Source of the DNA: Perkinsus chesapeaki ATCC PRA-425
Lineage: Eukaryota; Protista; Perkinsozoa
Direction of reading: 5' to 3'
NCBI GenBank assembly: GCA_013115145.1
Contig: JAAPAO010000265.1
Coordinates: 1-44,962, forward strand
Length of the DNA: 44,962 nucleotides
How positions within the stretch are numbered: the stretch's first letter is position 1; the number at the start of each line of letters is the position of its first letter. A program made the position numbers and the translations under genes. Below, piece after piece: positions 23,644 through 34,154 of the stretch. The notes beneath the pieces were generated by a model. It had not been told where the DNA came from, ran no database searches, and was given only the letters and a program-made list of their open reading frames with translations.

Positions 23644-24355
23644 TAGCAATCTTCAATGAAGAAGCCAAAATTCAGTTCTCTACTCAATAATCACAGTCTA
23701 GGTCCGATTCATGGAATCTTACGCTTGGTTTTTCCTCATCATCCTCAATTACAAACGAGCACTCGGGTTGGTTGCACCTGCAATCAGCTAATCACTGCGA
23801 AATAGACCATCTAAGATTTGGTGTCCACACTATGGACTCCAGGAGACCACAAGTATATGGTGTTGTGGAATAGAATCGTCCGTTACGTACCTTGAAACCT
23901 TTGGTTGAACTTTTGGACAAGTTGTTGAAAAGCCCGACTATTCTGTGATTGTGGACATGTACCACATGACCGTTACCTACCGGGTCGTGGGTACGGACCA
24001 CGGCACTTACTTTAACATGGTCAAAATGGGATTCGGGGGTTGGCACTAAACATCATGCATCCTCCTCTGTTGTCTGCGTCTGCAAGTCGTTAAAAAGCTC
24101 AGGATAGTCCTCTATAATGCATCGCAGCTCAATTGACAACTAATAACGTAACAGTTGAATTATAGTAACAACAGCACCACACATGATTGTCAGTGATTAT
24201 TCAACAACATCTTTACACATGATTAAATAGTAGTAACATTCAACACACAAAAAGCCACAGCTGCCCTGCACTTCAGTAGTAAGATGCACCTCAACGCTTT
24301 AGACGTCATCATCATCATCATTCCAAACAAGAGTCTTTTGACTGTTCGCCGGCGG

Positions 24356-25250
24356 CTAAACACTGAAGACAGTCACTGGAGGGCCCTTCTTGTCAAGCCT
24401 GAATCGACCTCCCTTCTTTCTAGCACTATCAATGACACCTTCACCAAGAGCACGATACATATCGCAGAGGTTTTGGAAGGTATAGGCATTCTGTAATAGA
24501 TCACTCAGGCTTGAACAAATAGCTTTACTCTGCTTAAAGAGCTGATGTTCTACAGGCGATCCCTGGAATTCATACGACTCCGGCAGATAGGCCGGGCCGT
24601 AACTCCGCATCTTATGAAGCTTTGATAGTTGAGAATTGAGAGTTGATATATCATATTTGTATAGTGGATCAACACCGAACCCCGTGGGAGGACTAATTGT
24701 GAACTTATATTCGGTTCTCGTTTTTTTTCTCTAATCGAGTGAACCCGGATGGTGTAGGTGCCGAAGGGGAACTGAAAAATACCATTTAAAGCGGTTTCAT
24801 GCTGAGCCATCGCGCCATACAAATCAATTAAGAAGGGCGACCAGGGTGTTGTATTTTCACAAGTCAGTGATGTTAATCTGAAGGCTCTGCTTCCATCGAC
24901 TTCGACTTCCATCCTATTCCCTCTCTCGCCATATTTACTGAGAATTGACTTGCCGTCACTGTTAGAATAAACGCAGCCAACTACACGGCGGCTACAGTCG
25001 ACCAAACCTCTCAGCAGCGGAGGGTAGCCCTGAGCATTGGCGGCTAAACTTGACTTAACCTATCAAGACTTACTTCTTCTCCATATGATGATGCAGGTCC
25101 AATCGCGTAATCGCGGCCCCTTTGTATGTATGGTGGTCCACCTCCAATTGCGTAATTGCGCTCCTCATCTTGTGATACAGCAAGTTGTCTCAGCAAGTTG
25201 CGCGGAAGATTTGTCAGAAAGATAATGGCGATTGATGCGATGCTAGTCAT
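24356..25250 (-). CDS. Hypothetical, possibly secreted protein (lineage-specific; exon structure only partly resolved)
   Basis: MTSIASIAIIFLTNL... leader. A 44-nt GTAAGT...CTCAG intron joins YGEE to GYPPLLRGLVDCSRR in the 151-aa ORF 24550..25005. ORF 24356..24610 is a probable further exon. No family recognised. Confidence 0.4.
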
Positions 25251-25586
25251 AATTGTGATAGCCAATTGATGATCAATAAGGTTGAGTGAAATTGGATACG
25301 GCACCCGACATTAACAAGACTATCCACCCGTTCAGAAGGCAAGGCTGTGTGCGGTTCTCAAATCCATTAGGGTTTCCGAGATCGTCGGGGTGTTCAGTAA
25401 ACTTGGGAAACACACTCCAGAGTCCATCCTCGGAATTAATTTGCCGACTATTATTAAATCGTGTTGAGGGGAACTCATTCCGGAACTCACTCTGAAACGT
25501 GTTGAGCAAGTTACATTTTCGGAATGGATTCCGAGAGAGGAGTTGGAGGAGGTTGCCAAATGTGCAACGTTACGCTCAGTTCAATT

Positions 25587-25657
25587 CAGCGTAACAGGGA
25601 TCGAACCCACGCCCTCTGGGATAGCAGTCATATATTTTACCACTAGGCCATAAAATA
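25587..25657 (-). pseudogene. tRNA-Ser(GCT)-like pseudogene with collapsed variable arm
   Basis: Minus strand TGGCCTAGTGGTAAAATATATGACTGCTATCCCAGAGGGCGTGGGTTCGATCCCTG parallels eukaryotic tRNA-Ser(GCT) (TGGCCGAGTGGTTAAGGCGATGGACTGCTAATCCA...GCGTGGGTTCGAATCCC). The acceptor stem is unpaired. Confidence 0.7.
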
Positions 25658-25959
25658 TACCCAATTTCTATGTAGCTTCGTTACGGCATTCGTTACACGT
25701 AAGTGCTACTACTACTGTGGAAACTGTATAGCCATTGGCTAGAGAACGTTAGCAACTTCGCTGCATGGGACGAGGTTTCCCTATTTCCTCCAATGCCAGT
25801 TTTCCATATAGTGTTGTTCGTGTCATACGATTAGCGTGCGCCATGGTGATCGATTTGTATTGGCTCGGGTGCTGTTGTGGTGGGAGAGATTCGGTGAAGG
25901 TGATTAATAAGCTTTGATTAGTTGTTTGTCTTGTATTGTTGTTGTTGTTGTTGTTCGTA

Positions 25960-28697
25960 ATGCCTTCGGCATCATCGCTGGTTAGTTTGCCTAGGACTAG
26001 AGCTGCATCATTTAATGGTATCAATACTCCAGCTGATTATGTTAATAAATGTATTAATAAATCATTATTAATATCTAGTCTAAAGGCAAATCCTACTAAT
26101 GCTACTTATAGTAGGCCAGTATCTACTGAGGAGGTAATATAGGTTATTACGTGGTTTCTATGGTTAGTAGCTTAGATAAGAGCTCTGGAGGAAGCTGGGT
26201 GCATTGCTGAAGACTGGGCTAATGTGTACATAGGGAGCCAGGGACCTTTACCGGTTAAAGGAATGATAAGGGATTCTACATTCCAAGGCCGAGTGGAGAT
26301 ATCTGTTAAGGAGGGCTCTACGGTGACGCTGTTGATGGTAGTGGGTAATAGGTGACGTGTTGTTAGGTTGTGGTGGATGGTAGATCATTACCTTGTGGAA
26401 TAAGGAATACAGTGCTTGAAGATGCAGTTATAGAGGAGGGTACTCTAGTACAGGACTGTGGCATAGTTGCACATACTACAGTACGGAGAGGTAGTAATAG
26501 TAGTGTATCACTGTGATGAAGTGGGGTGCTTAATAGGTGCCGCCCTTTTACGGTGTGGTGTTATTCAAGGAGGGTCTCTAGACTGTACATATGGTAATGG
26601 TCACACCCTCCCACTAGCAGAGGAGACTGGTAGTAGGGACACTAAGCAGTTTGCTGAGCTTACTATTGAAGTGGCAGCTAAGGTAGTGCCTAGGTGCCTA
26701 AGAGGTAAAGGGAATAGGGGTTCAGGTTGCATCAGACAGATCAACAGCAGCAGACTATCACAAGGCATTGGGGGCCTATGTTAGGGCGGTACAGGCCGCT
26801 GGGCAAGGCAGGAGTGTTATTGATGAAGGCGCTACAGTAATGCCTAGTAGAGAGCTGCCTGTGTGTAGGGCCTATCAGGTGATATCGTGCCCCAGTGTCA
26901 AAGGTAGCTATATTGGACGAAATGTGACGGCGGTTAATAGCAAGATAGAGAATAGTTGTTTACTACATGGGAATACTGTGGAGGACTGCAGTCTTAACAC
27001 AGCTATACTGCAGAAGGGTAATATAAGAAGGCATGTAGGGATGAAGTGCGATGGCATTTAGGGGCGGGTGTTGAATCCTTTGGTGTAGTAGAGGGTGCTA
27101 CATTATGTCCCACGGTACATGTTGAAAGGCATGGAAAGGTCTTTGATTCAATAGTGGGACCATGTACTAGCATCGCTGAGGTAGGACTCTGAGGTCACAT
27201 TGTGTCCATTGTCCCGTACAGGGCGAGGTTACTGCATCGCTTGTTGGTCCATTTGTGGGGTTCCATCACCAAGCGTTATTGATAGCCTGTTTCTGGCCAT
27301 CTGGTCGAGGCAACATCGGCTATGGTGCCAATGTTGGGTCCAATCATACCGGCAAGGCACCTGATCAGGAGAACTGGCCTGGTGAGGGTACATTCTTCGG
27401 GCTTGCTACGAATATAAAGTACCCGTGCAATCTGGTGGATTCACCTTACTCTCTTATAGCTACAGGAGTTAGCTGTCTGCCTCAGGCGATAGGGGTAATA
27501 ACTATGAAGATAAAGAGAAGCAAGGATGGCTTCTCAGTTACCATTTAGTCTGGTTAATGAATCGACAGAGTGCATTGCTGGTCTGTCCCCAGCTATTAAT
27601 GAAGTTACTCCGGGATGGATGCTGAGCGATAACATGTATTCTCTGTATAGAAATGAAGCCAAGTTCGAATCCCGGCAGGGGAATCTTCCCAAGGACGGCG
27701 TTATGTAGGTGCTATGCAGTCTTCTATTGTTATTGTTGGACAGGTATCAGTACGCAGTGTTCCGACCGGATATAATGGATAGAGTAGTGAATGCCAGGGA
27801 TGCCCTAAAGGCAGCAGACCCGAAGACAACAACACTCAGAGACTCTAAGGGGCAACCAGTCTTCACAGGTAAGGGGTGATAAGGCCTCATTGCGGAGTAG
27901 TGTTAATGGTGGCAGATAAACAGATTAGTATAATCGGTAAGAATTGGATGCACGAGTCTGCTAGAGTTAAAGCTATAACTACCTATACTACCTTTCTTAA
28001 ATGGTATGCTATAAGGGGTCTATGGAGGAGGTTATCAGAAGGGGGGAGAAAGGAGGAGACTGCTACTGCCAAGATAGTAAGAAAGGTCATCAAGCAAAAG
28101 CTTTTCAAGCAAGCGGTTGCTCTTATGTTTCATGCCACATTGCTGCTGCTGCTGCTGCTTAGGTGTCTAACACTCTGGCATACCTTAAGTCCCCACCAGC
28201 TATTGATCTAACCCCACTATATCAGAACCTCACTGCCTGTGCCTACCGTGATGATGAATCACAAGGGGAGCTCAGGGAACTACAATGGGCTCATGAGTGC
28301 AAGGTAACAACCGAAGTACTAGTAGCCACCACTGGAGCGTTGTGTTAGATTTTGCGGTCGGAATGCCAGGACCCTCTTAACGTATCAGGGCTCCTACGGT
28401 GGTATGCTGACACCAACCTAGCTATTGCTAATGTAAGACAGAGTTGAGTCACTTGTTTTATTCGTATATGGCAGTCCTGTGTGAAAGCCAAGTCTCGTGA
28501 TGATTCCCGCGGTGCTAGGATCATCGGTAAGAGCTATACTGAGGCTCATGAATCGGCTTCAGAAAATAAGGTAGTCCAGCTTGAGTCTAGATCACTGTGG
28601 TAAATGTTATTGTGGTTAGGTGTGCCAAAAGGCTATTGGCGATGCTAAGCAAGTGAAGGAGGATATTGAAGCCTTCCTTGCCACCTCTAAGCTGTAG
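25960..28697 (+). CDS. DUF4954-like left-handed beta-helix (LpxA/GlmU-fold) protein, multi-exon
   Basis: Hexapeptide-like stretches (RNTVLEDAVIEEGTLVQDCGIV, VTAVNSKIENSCLL) plus GEVTASLVGPFVGFHHQALLIACFWPSGRGNIGYGANVGSNHTGKAPDQENWPGEGTFFGLATNIKYP and C-terminal DDSRGARIIGKSYTEAH. Last exon VCQKAIG...TSKL* ends at 28697. Family name is from recall, not a search. Confidence 0.6.
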
Positions 28698-29140
28698 GTA
28701 TTTAACCAACCCATTGTGGCTACTTTTTCTTAATGCTATTGGCAGCAGCATCATCATCAGCACTACCACTACCAATAACAACAGCAGGGTTACTGTTTCT
28801 TCTTCTCCTTACTACTTGTATAGACTTCTCCTCTTTACTGTACAGTCTATTATGTGTCTCCCATTGACGACAATTACAAACCATTGTTGCGCAGAAAGAG
28901 AAGAGGATTTAGGTTGTTATGTTTTTAGGTGGGCCCAAATGCGCCTCCAAATCGCCCAGCACTGTCACCAATAAGTTGGGGTTATCATTCAACTTTTCTT
29001 TCAATACATTTGCATTTCACCCGCGTTTGTCTCCTTTGATTGCTGGTTGATTTTATAATGCTCTTGCTGGGATCTGAACTTGGATGAATCGGTTACCGCA
29101 GTAGATTCATCTGGTGGTGTTGCATCATCTCCTCCTAGCA

Positions 29141-29757
29141 ATGTCTGACACTGAGACTACTGAGACCCCTTCTACCACTCTTTACGTATCTCCTATTGCT
29201 GATCCTCTTATGGGAGGTAAACTCCAAGCTAGGACAATGAAGCTCGTTAAGAAAGGTAGCATCAGTTGTATGGTGGATATTTGGTAACGGCTTTGGTCAG
29301 CCGCTACGTCCAAGTGTCTACGAAGGGGCGTACCTGAGGTATTGAAGGCTATCCGAAAGGGTAGGAGTATGTAACTGTTTTTATCATTGGGAGATTGCAT
29401 TTATTATTAGGTCAAAAGGGTATAGTATTATTGGCAGCTGATGTGTATCCTGTTGATGTTATTGCACATGTTCCAGCCTATTGTGAGAAGAATGGTATCC
29501 CATACGCCTATGTCCCTTCTAGACAGGCATTGGGTGATAATAATAACTTTTTCACAATCCTTTATTGTTTTTATTTCAGGTTCGGCTTGTCAGACTAAAA
29601 GAGCTGCCTCTGTAGTATTGGTAACTGAGCCCAAGGATGATTCCACCTACACTAAGACTTATGAACAGGTGAACCCTTCCATATATAACACTTACCCATC
29701 CTTTCTTGCTTTGGTCAGGTTCATAAGGGTGTAGTTGCCATCAATCCCTATCTCTAA
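29141..29757 (+). CDS. NHP2: H/ACA snoRNP subunit NHP2 (L7Ae family), copy 1, 4 introns
   Basis: YVSPIADPLMGGKLQARTMKLVKKAATSKCLRRGVPEVLKAIRKGQKGIVLLAADVYPVDVIAHVPAYCEKNGIPYAYVPSRQALGSACQTKRAASVVLV. Confidence 0.92.
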
Positions 29758-30147
29758 TGGGTTAAAACCATTACAGTAGCTTCATTAACGTATACCTTAA
29801 CAACAACAACAGCCCTAAGCCCCAGTCCTGTCTATTACTCAGCTACTACTAGTCTCTACAGTGTAGTAGGGAAAGAAGAGGAAGTATACTCCACCAGAGG
29901 ATGATTACGACAGGTTTCTATTACACTTTTGACTATTGTGTTCATCGATCTACCATCATCATGTGTATTGCTGTGGTTGGTATGCCAGCATACTGAAGCT
30001 CATAGTCGCGAGATAGAATGGGCTTCAGTGGGCCGGTGAATGAAGGGGCTTCTCGAATGATTGTAGTGCACACTTGTATCACTCACATGGGATATTGTAG
30101 ACCAATTACCCCCCTTGGCCCCTAATTACTACGTCCTTTTAGTGATG

Positions 30148-30625
30148 CACTTCTACTTCATTACTCTTCCCTTTTAGTCATTCACTTCTACTTCATTACT
30201 CTTCCCTTTTAGTCATTCACTTCTACTTCATTACTCTTCCCTTTTAGCGATTCACTTCTACTTCATTACTCTTCCCTTTTAGCGATTCACTTCTACTTCA
30301 TTACTCTTCCCTTTTGTTGTTTCACTTCTACTTCATTACTCTTCCCTTTTGTTGTTTCACTTCTACTTCATTACTCTTCCCTTTTAGCGATTCACTTCTA
30401 CTTCATTACTCTTCCCTTTTGTTGTTTCACTNNNNNNNNNNNNNNNNNNNNNNNNNNNNNNNNNNNNNNNNNNNNNNNNNNNNNNNNNNNNNNNNNNNNN
30501 NNNNNNNNNNNNNNNNNNNNNNNNNNNNACTTCTACTTCATTACTCTTCCCTTTTAGTGATTCACTTCTACTTTATCTACTTTATTACTCTTCCCTTTTA
30601 GTGATCCGCTTCTACTTTATTACTG
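30148..30625. repeat. 35-bp pyrimidine-rich minisatellite (at least 10 units, interrupted by a gap)
   Basis: Unit CACTTCTACTTCATTACTCTTCCCTTTT(AGTCATT/AGCGATT/GTTGTTT), head to tail with no unique spacers. Confidence 0.95.
30432..30528. other. Assembly gap (97 N)
   Basis: Run of N inside the minisatellite. Confidence 1.
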
Positions 30626-30696
30626 GTGTGATTTTCCCTTCTTCCACTATTTGATACACAGCCGCAGCCTATTGTATTCCAGTTCATTACTCCGCA

Positions 30697-31313
30697 ATGT
30701 CTGACACTGAGACTACTGATACCCCTTCTACCACTCTTTACGTATCTCCTATTGCCGATCCTCTTATGGGAGGTAAACTCCAAGCCAGGACAATGAAGCT
30801 CGTTAAGAAAGGTAGCATCAGTTGTATGGTGGATATTTGGTAACGGCTTTGGTCAGCCGCTACGTCCAAGTGTCTACGAAGGGGCGTACCTGAGGTATTG
30901 AAGGCTATCCGAAAGGGTAGGAGTATGTAACTGTTTTTATCATTGGGAGATTGTATTTATTATTAGGTCAAAAGGGTATAGTATTATTGGCAGCTGATGT
31001 GTATCCTGTTGATGTTATTGCACATGTTCCAGCCTATTGTGAGAAGAATGGTATCCCATACGCCTATGTCCCTTCTAGACAGGCATTGGGTAATAATAAT
31101 AATTTATTTATAACCCTTTATTGTTTTTATTTCAGGTTCGGCTTGTCAGACTAAAAGAGCTGCCTCTGTAGTATTGGTAACTGAGCCCAAGGATGATTCT
31201 ACCTACACTAAGACTTATGAACAGGTGAATCCTTCCATATATAACACTTACCGACCCTATCTTGATTTGGTCAGGTTCATAAGGGAGTTGTTTCTATCAA
31301 TCCCTATCTGTAA
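30697..31313 (+). CDS. NHP2: H/ACA snoRNP subunit NHP2, copy 2, 4 introns
   Basis: Near-identical to 29141-29757 (E8D and an A-to-S change near the C-terminus), with the same intron positions. Confidence 0.92.
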
Positions 31314-31485
31314 GTTGCTAATAGTTGTAGTTGACACCAACCCACTGTTTCCTATTCATCCTAGCACATTACTACTAACAACGTCGTCTTCAGTACCTTC
31401 CTTTTTGTTGTGTTGTACTACCATTACCTGCTCTCCCTTACTTGCCGGCTTTAGTTGGTTTGAATGACATTTAAGGGTATCATTG

Positions 31486-33019
31486 ATGAGACACTACAGT
31501 CGATCTGACTTTGAGTTTGGCTCCTTGCTCGGTGCTGGAGCATTCGCTCAAGTCGTACACGTCCGTGACAAACTCACAGGGGAAGAGTTTGCCCTCAAAA
31601 TACTCGACAAGAAGACCATCCAGCGGGTAATCATCCTTTACCATTCTCAAATGCTAAAGTACCACCTTTTTAGTTGGGTAAAACCCCTCAAGTGCTAAAC
31701 GAGAGGGATACTCTTACTAAGCTCAGAGACTGCGATAACATAGTAAAGTTGTATTTCACCTTCCAGGTTGGTCAATGTTTAATTAGTGGATATGGCTAAG
31801 TGTGCTTAGGATCACACTTGGTTATATTTTGGTTTGGAATATTGTGAAGGAGGCGATCTTGCTGAGGAGATTGGTAGATGGGGCCGCGTTCCTGAGGACC
31901 TCGCTAAGTTTTATGCGGCTGAGATTGTTAATATGCTTGTTCAATTACGCTCAAAGGGATTAGCTCATCGTGATTTAAAGCCAGATAATATATTGATAAG
32001 TAAAGGCCATCTTAAATTGGTGGATTTCGATGCTGCTAAAGTAAGACTGTCTCAGTCAACTACTTAATGTCATCATCCTCCTCCTTTAGAGCATATCCCC
32101 TAATTTGGCTTACCAATGTGAAAGAAGTGCAAGTCACGAAGGCCGCCCTACTGGTGATCAGTTACCGAAGCCATGCCAGTCGGCATCGTCATCTTCGGAT
32201 ATTAGCTCTGAAATCGCTGGTGGTGGTGATGACGGTAAAGCTGATAGAGGGGATGATTCCCAATTTAGACGTATGAATACCTTCGTTGGCACCGCACAAT
32301 ATGTGTCACCGGAGATGCTCAGTGATTCGGCAGTAGCTGGATTCGCTTCAGACCTTTGGGCATTGGGATGTATTATCTATCAAATGATAGTTGGTTACTC
32401 TCCATTTCAGTCTGGATCAGAGTATCAAACATTTCAAATGATTCTCGCAACCCAGTATGATATGCCCGACGATGTGTCTGATGTAGCCAAAGATCTTATT
32501 AATAAATTACTCGTATCGGATCCAGGAGAGCGACTCGGCTTTCGAAATCTCGGTGAACTCAAAGCCCATCCCTTTTTTGATGGCATAGATTTCGCCACTT
32601 TACCATTCACTCCGCCACCACCCGAAAGCCATCATTATCGTTATCATCATGAGGAGACGGAAGGACAACCAGGGGATGATTTAAGTGCTGAATTTGGTGT
32701 GCCGTCAACTCGAAATGGTGGGATGGAAATATCGATAGATGAGGACGATTGGAGCTACGACTCGGACGATGATGATGACAGAACCCCCATGGTTGGACAG
32801 GTCTTCGGTGGCCACGCTCAAAGGATAATACCGTTTAATTTCGTGGAGGCGGCTAACGCTTCGGTTGTTAAGTCTCCCACTGGTTATCCTAATCGTGGTA
32901 ATTCTAATAACAGAAAAACAGGAAAGCTTGATATACGAGAAAATAACAATGATAGAGCCACGTCGACAACAACAACACCGAAGCAGCAGCAGCAGCAGCA
33001 GAGAGGAGACGATGATTGA
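31486..33019 (+). CDS. PDK1-like AGC Ser/Thr kinase with DFD motif and long activation-segment insert; no PH domain seen
   Basis: GAGAFAQV, FALKILDK, IVKLYFTFQD, HRDLKPDNIL, DFDAAK, NTFVGTAQYVSPE, SDLWALGCIIYQM and EYQTFQMI. The FVGTAQYVSPE/SDLWALGCIIYQ combination is PDK1-like. Confidence 0.85.
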
Positions 33020-33779
33020 TGGCTGACTGGCATACCTTGGTCTATTACTGGTTCATTCAAAGCTATTCTTCATTCCTTTTAATCTACTCATGTTGCGTTC
33101 ACCAAGTGAATACCACGAAAGCCAGAAGAGATGGTGAGCTGGCAGTTGGGCTACGATGGAGCCGCTGCAGTAGCGAGGACCTCCGAACACATAATCAGCG
33201 CAAAAACGAGATATACCCGAGTACTAATCACTAGTGTCAGACAGTCGGACTTAGGAACCCTCTCTTAAACACCAGGCCTCTCCCGAGAAAGGAACGCAAG
33301 AAATGCCCCTGATCTGGCGAGACCTCAGCATTGCTGAGTCAGCAATATATCCAGCGAAGGAGCATAACATGCTCGACACTGGAATTCGTTATCAGTCTTG
33401 ATAGTCCTCATGAGCGTAGGCTTGTGTCAAGCTAGGATGCTGCTGGATGCCTATTATATATGGGCAACACAGTATGCCGCTCACTGTAGTTTTCCCACGC
33501 TTACTGTAAGCGTATGAAAGCCCTTGTTCTTCCTTAAAAGGGTTTTGTACTTCTCAAATGGAAAGGAACCCAATTACTTTTTTCATAGAAGTAACCTGGA
33601 CATTCACGGACATTAATCCGAATGGGCCGACATACTCCTCCATAATGTAATTCATGCTTCCTATAGAGGAAGTCCAAAACCCGGAAAATGGGAATCTGTC
33701 ACCCACAAGGTCACGTCACCCTGACATACGGTCACCGGGGCATACTCAACCACGGTGGTCAAATCTCAACTACATTCCT

Positions 33780-34154
33780 ATGCGTTCTTTGTATACAATC
33801 ATTCTAATTGTCGTGGCGAATTCTGACGGCGTTTGTAATGACGCTGACAAGGGGAGGATTGGTGGATACCTATTCCCGGGTTTCCTGTGGCACTGTGGCG
33901 TGGAGGCTTCTTTTACTCCACCAATGATAACCCGATGCCTCGTACAGGGCTGCGACTTGAGTAATGACTGTGCCAAGTGTATTGGCGTATTCGAGCCATG
34001 CGCTCACTATAACTGTTCACATGGTTGCACGGTTCCTTCGAACCCAGGCTGTCAGGCATGCATGGATCAACACTGTAATCCAGCACTCCTAGAATGCACT
34101 GGCCTGAGCATTCCTATTCCTGCTCCTAAGAGACAAGAGGAGAAGTGCCTCTGA
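33780..34154 (+). CDS. Small secreted cysteine-rich protein (124 aa, 14 Cys), paralog A, intronless
   Basis: MRSLYTIILIVVANS signal-like leader. The Cys pattern and FPGFL...CTGL..P.P.P...EEKC motifs are shared with 35950..36321. Confidence 0.85.
   Translation: MRSLYTIILIVVANSDGVCNDADKGRIGGYLFPGFLWHCGVEASFTPPMITRCLVQGCDLSNDCAKCIGVFEPCAHYNCSHGCTVPSNPGCQACMDQHCNPALLECTGLSIPIPAPKRQEEKCL

Noticed and set aside
23792-24046. Minus-strand ORF as a separate gene (also 25273-25559)
   Set aside because: Could be exons or relics related to the hypothetical gene at 24356-25250, but I could not build a consistent model.
25722-25745. Relict spliced leader (TAGCCATTGGCT, resembling the perkinsid ACCGTAGCCATCTTGGCTCAAG)
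   Set aside because: Needs two gaps and several mismatches, and lies about 220 nt from the next ATG. Compatible with chance.
27663-27681. GTTCGAATCCCGGCAGGGG as another tRNA fragment
   Set aside because: Lies in frame in a coding exon (AKFESRQG), so it is explained by codons. The same applies to GAGTTCGAATC at 11841 (DEFES) and GGGTTCGAGTC at 15248 (GFESE). These show the background rate of the motif is not zero.
30148-30625. 35-bp repeats as a CRISPR array
   Set aside because: Units are contiguous with no unique spacers, there are no cas genes, and the DNA is eukaryotic. The ORFs over it are repeat artefacts.
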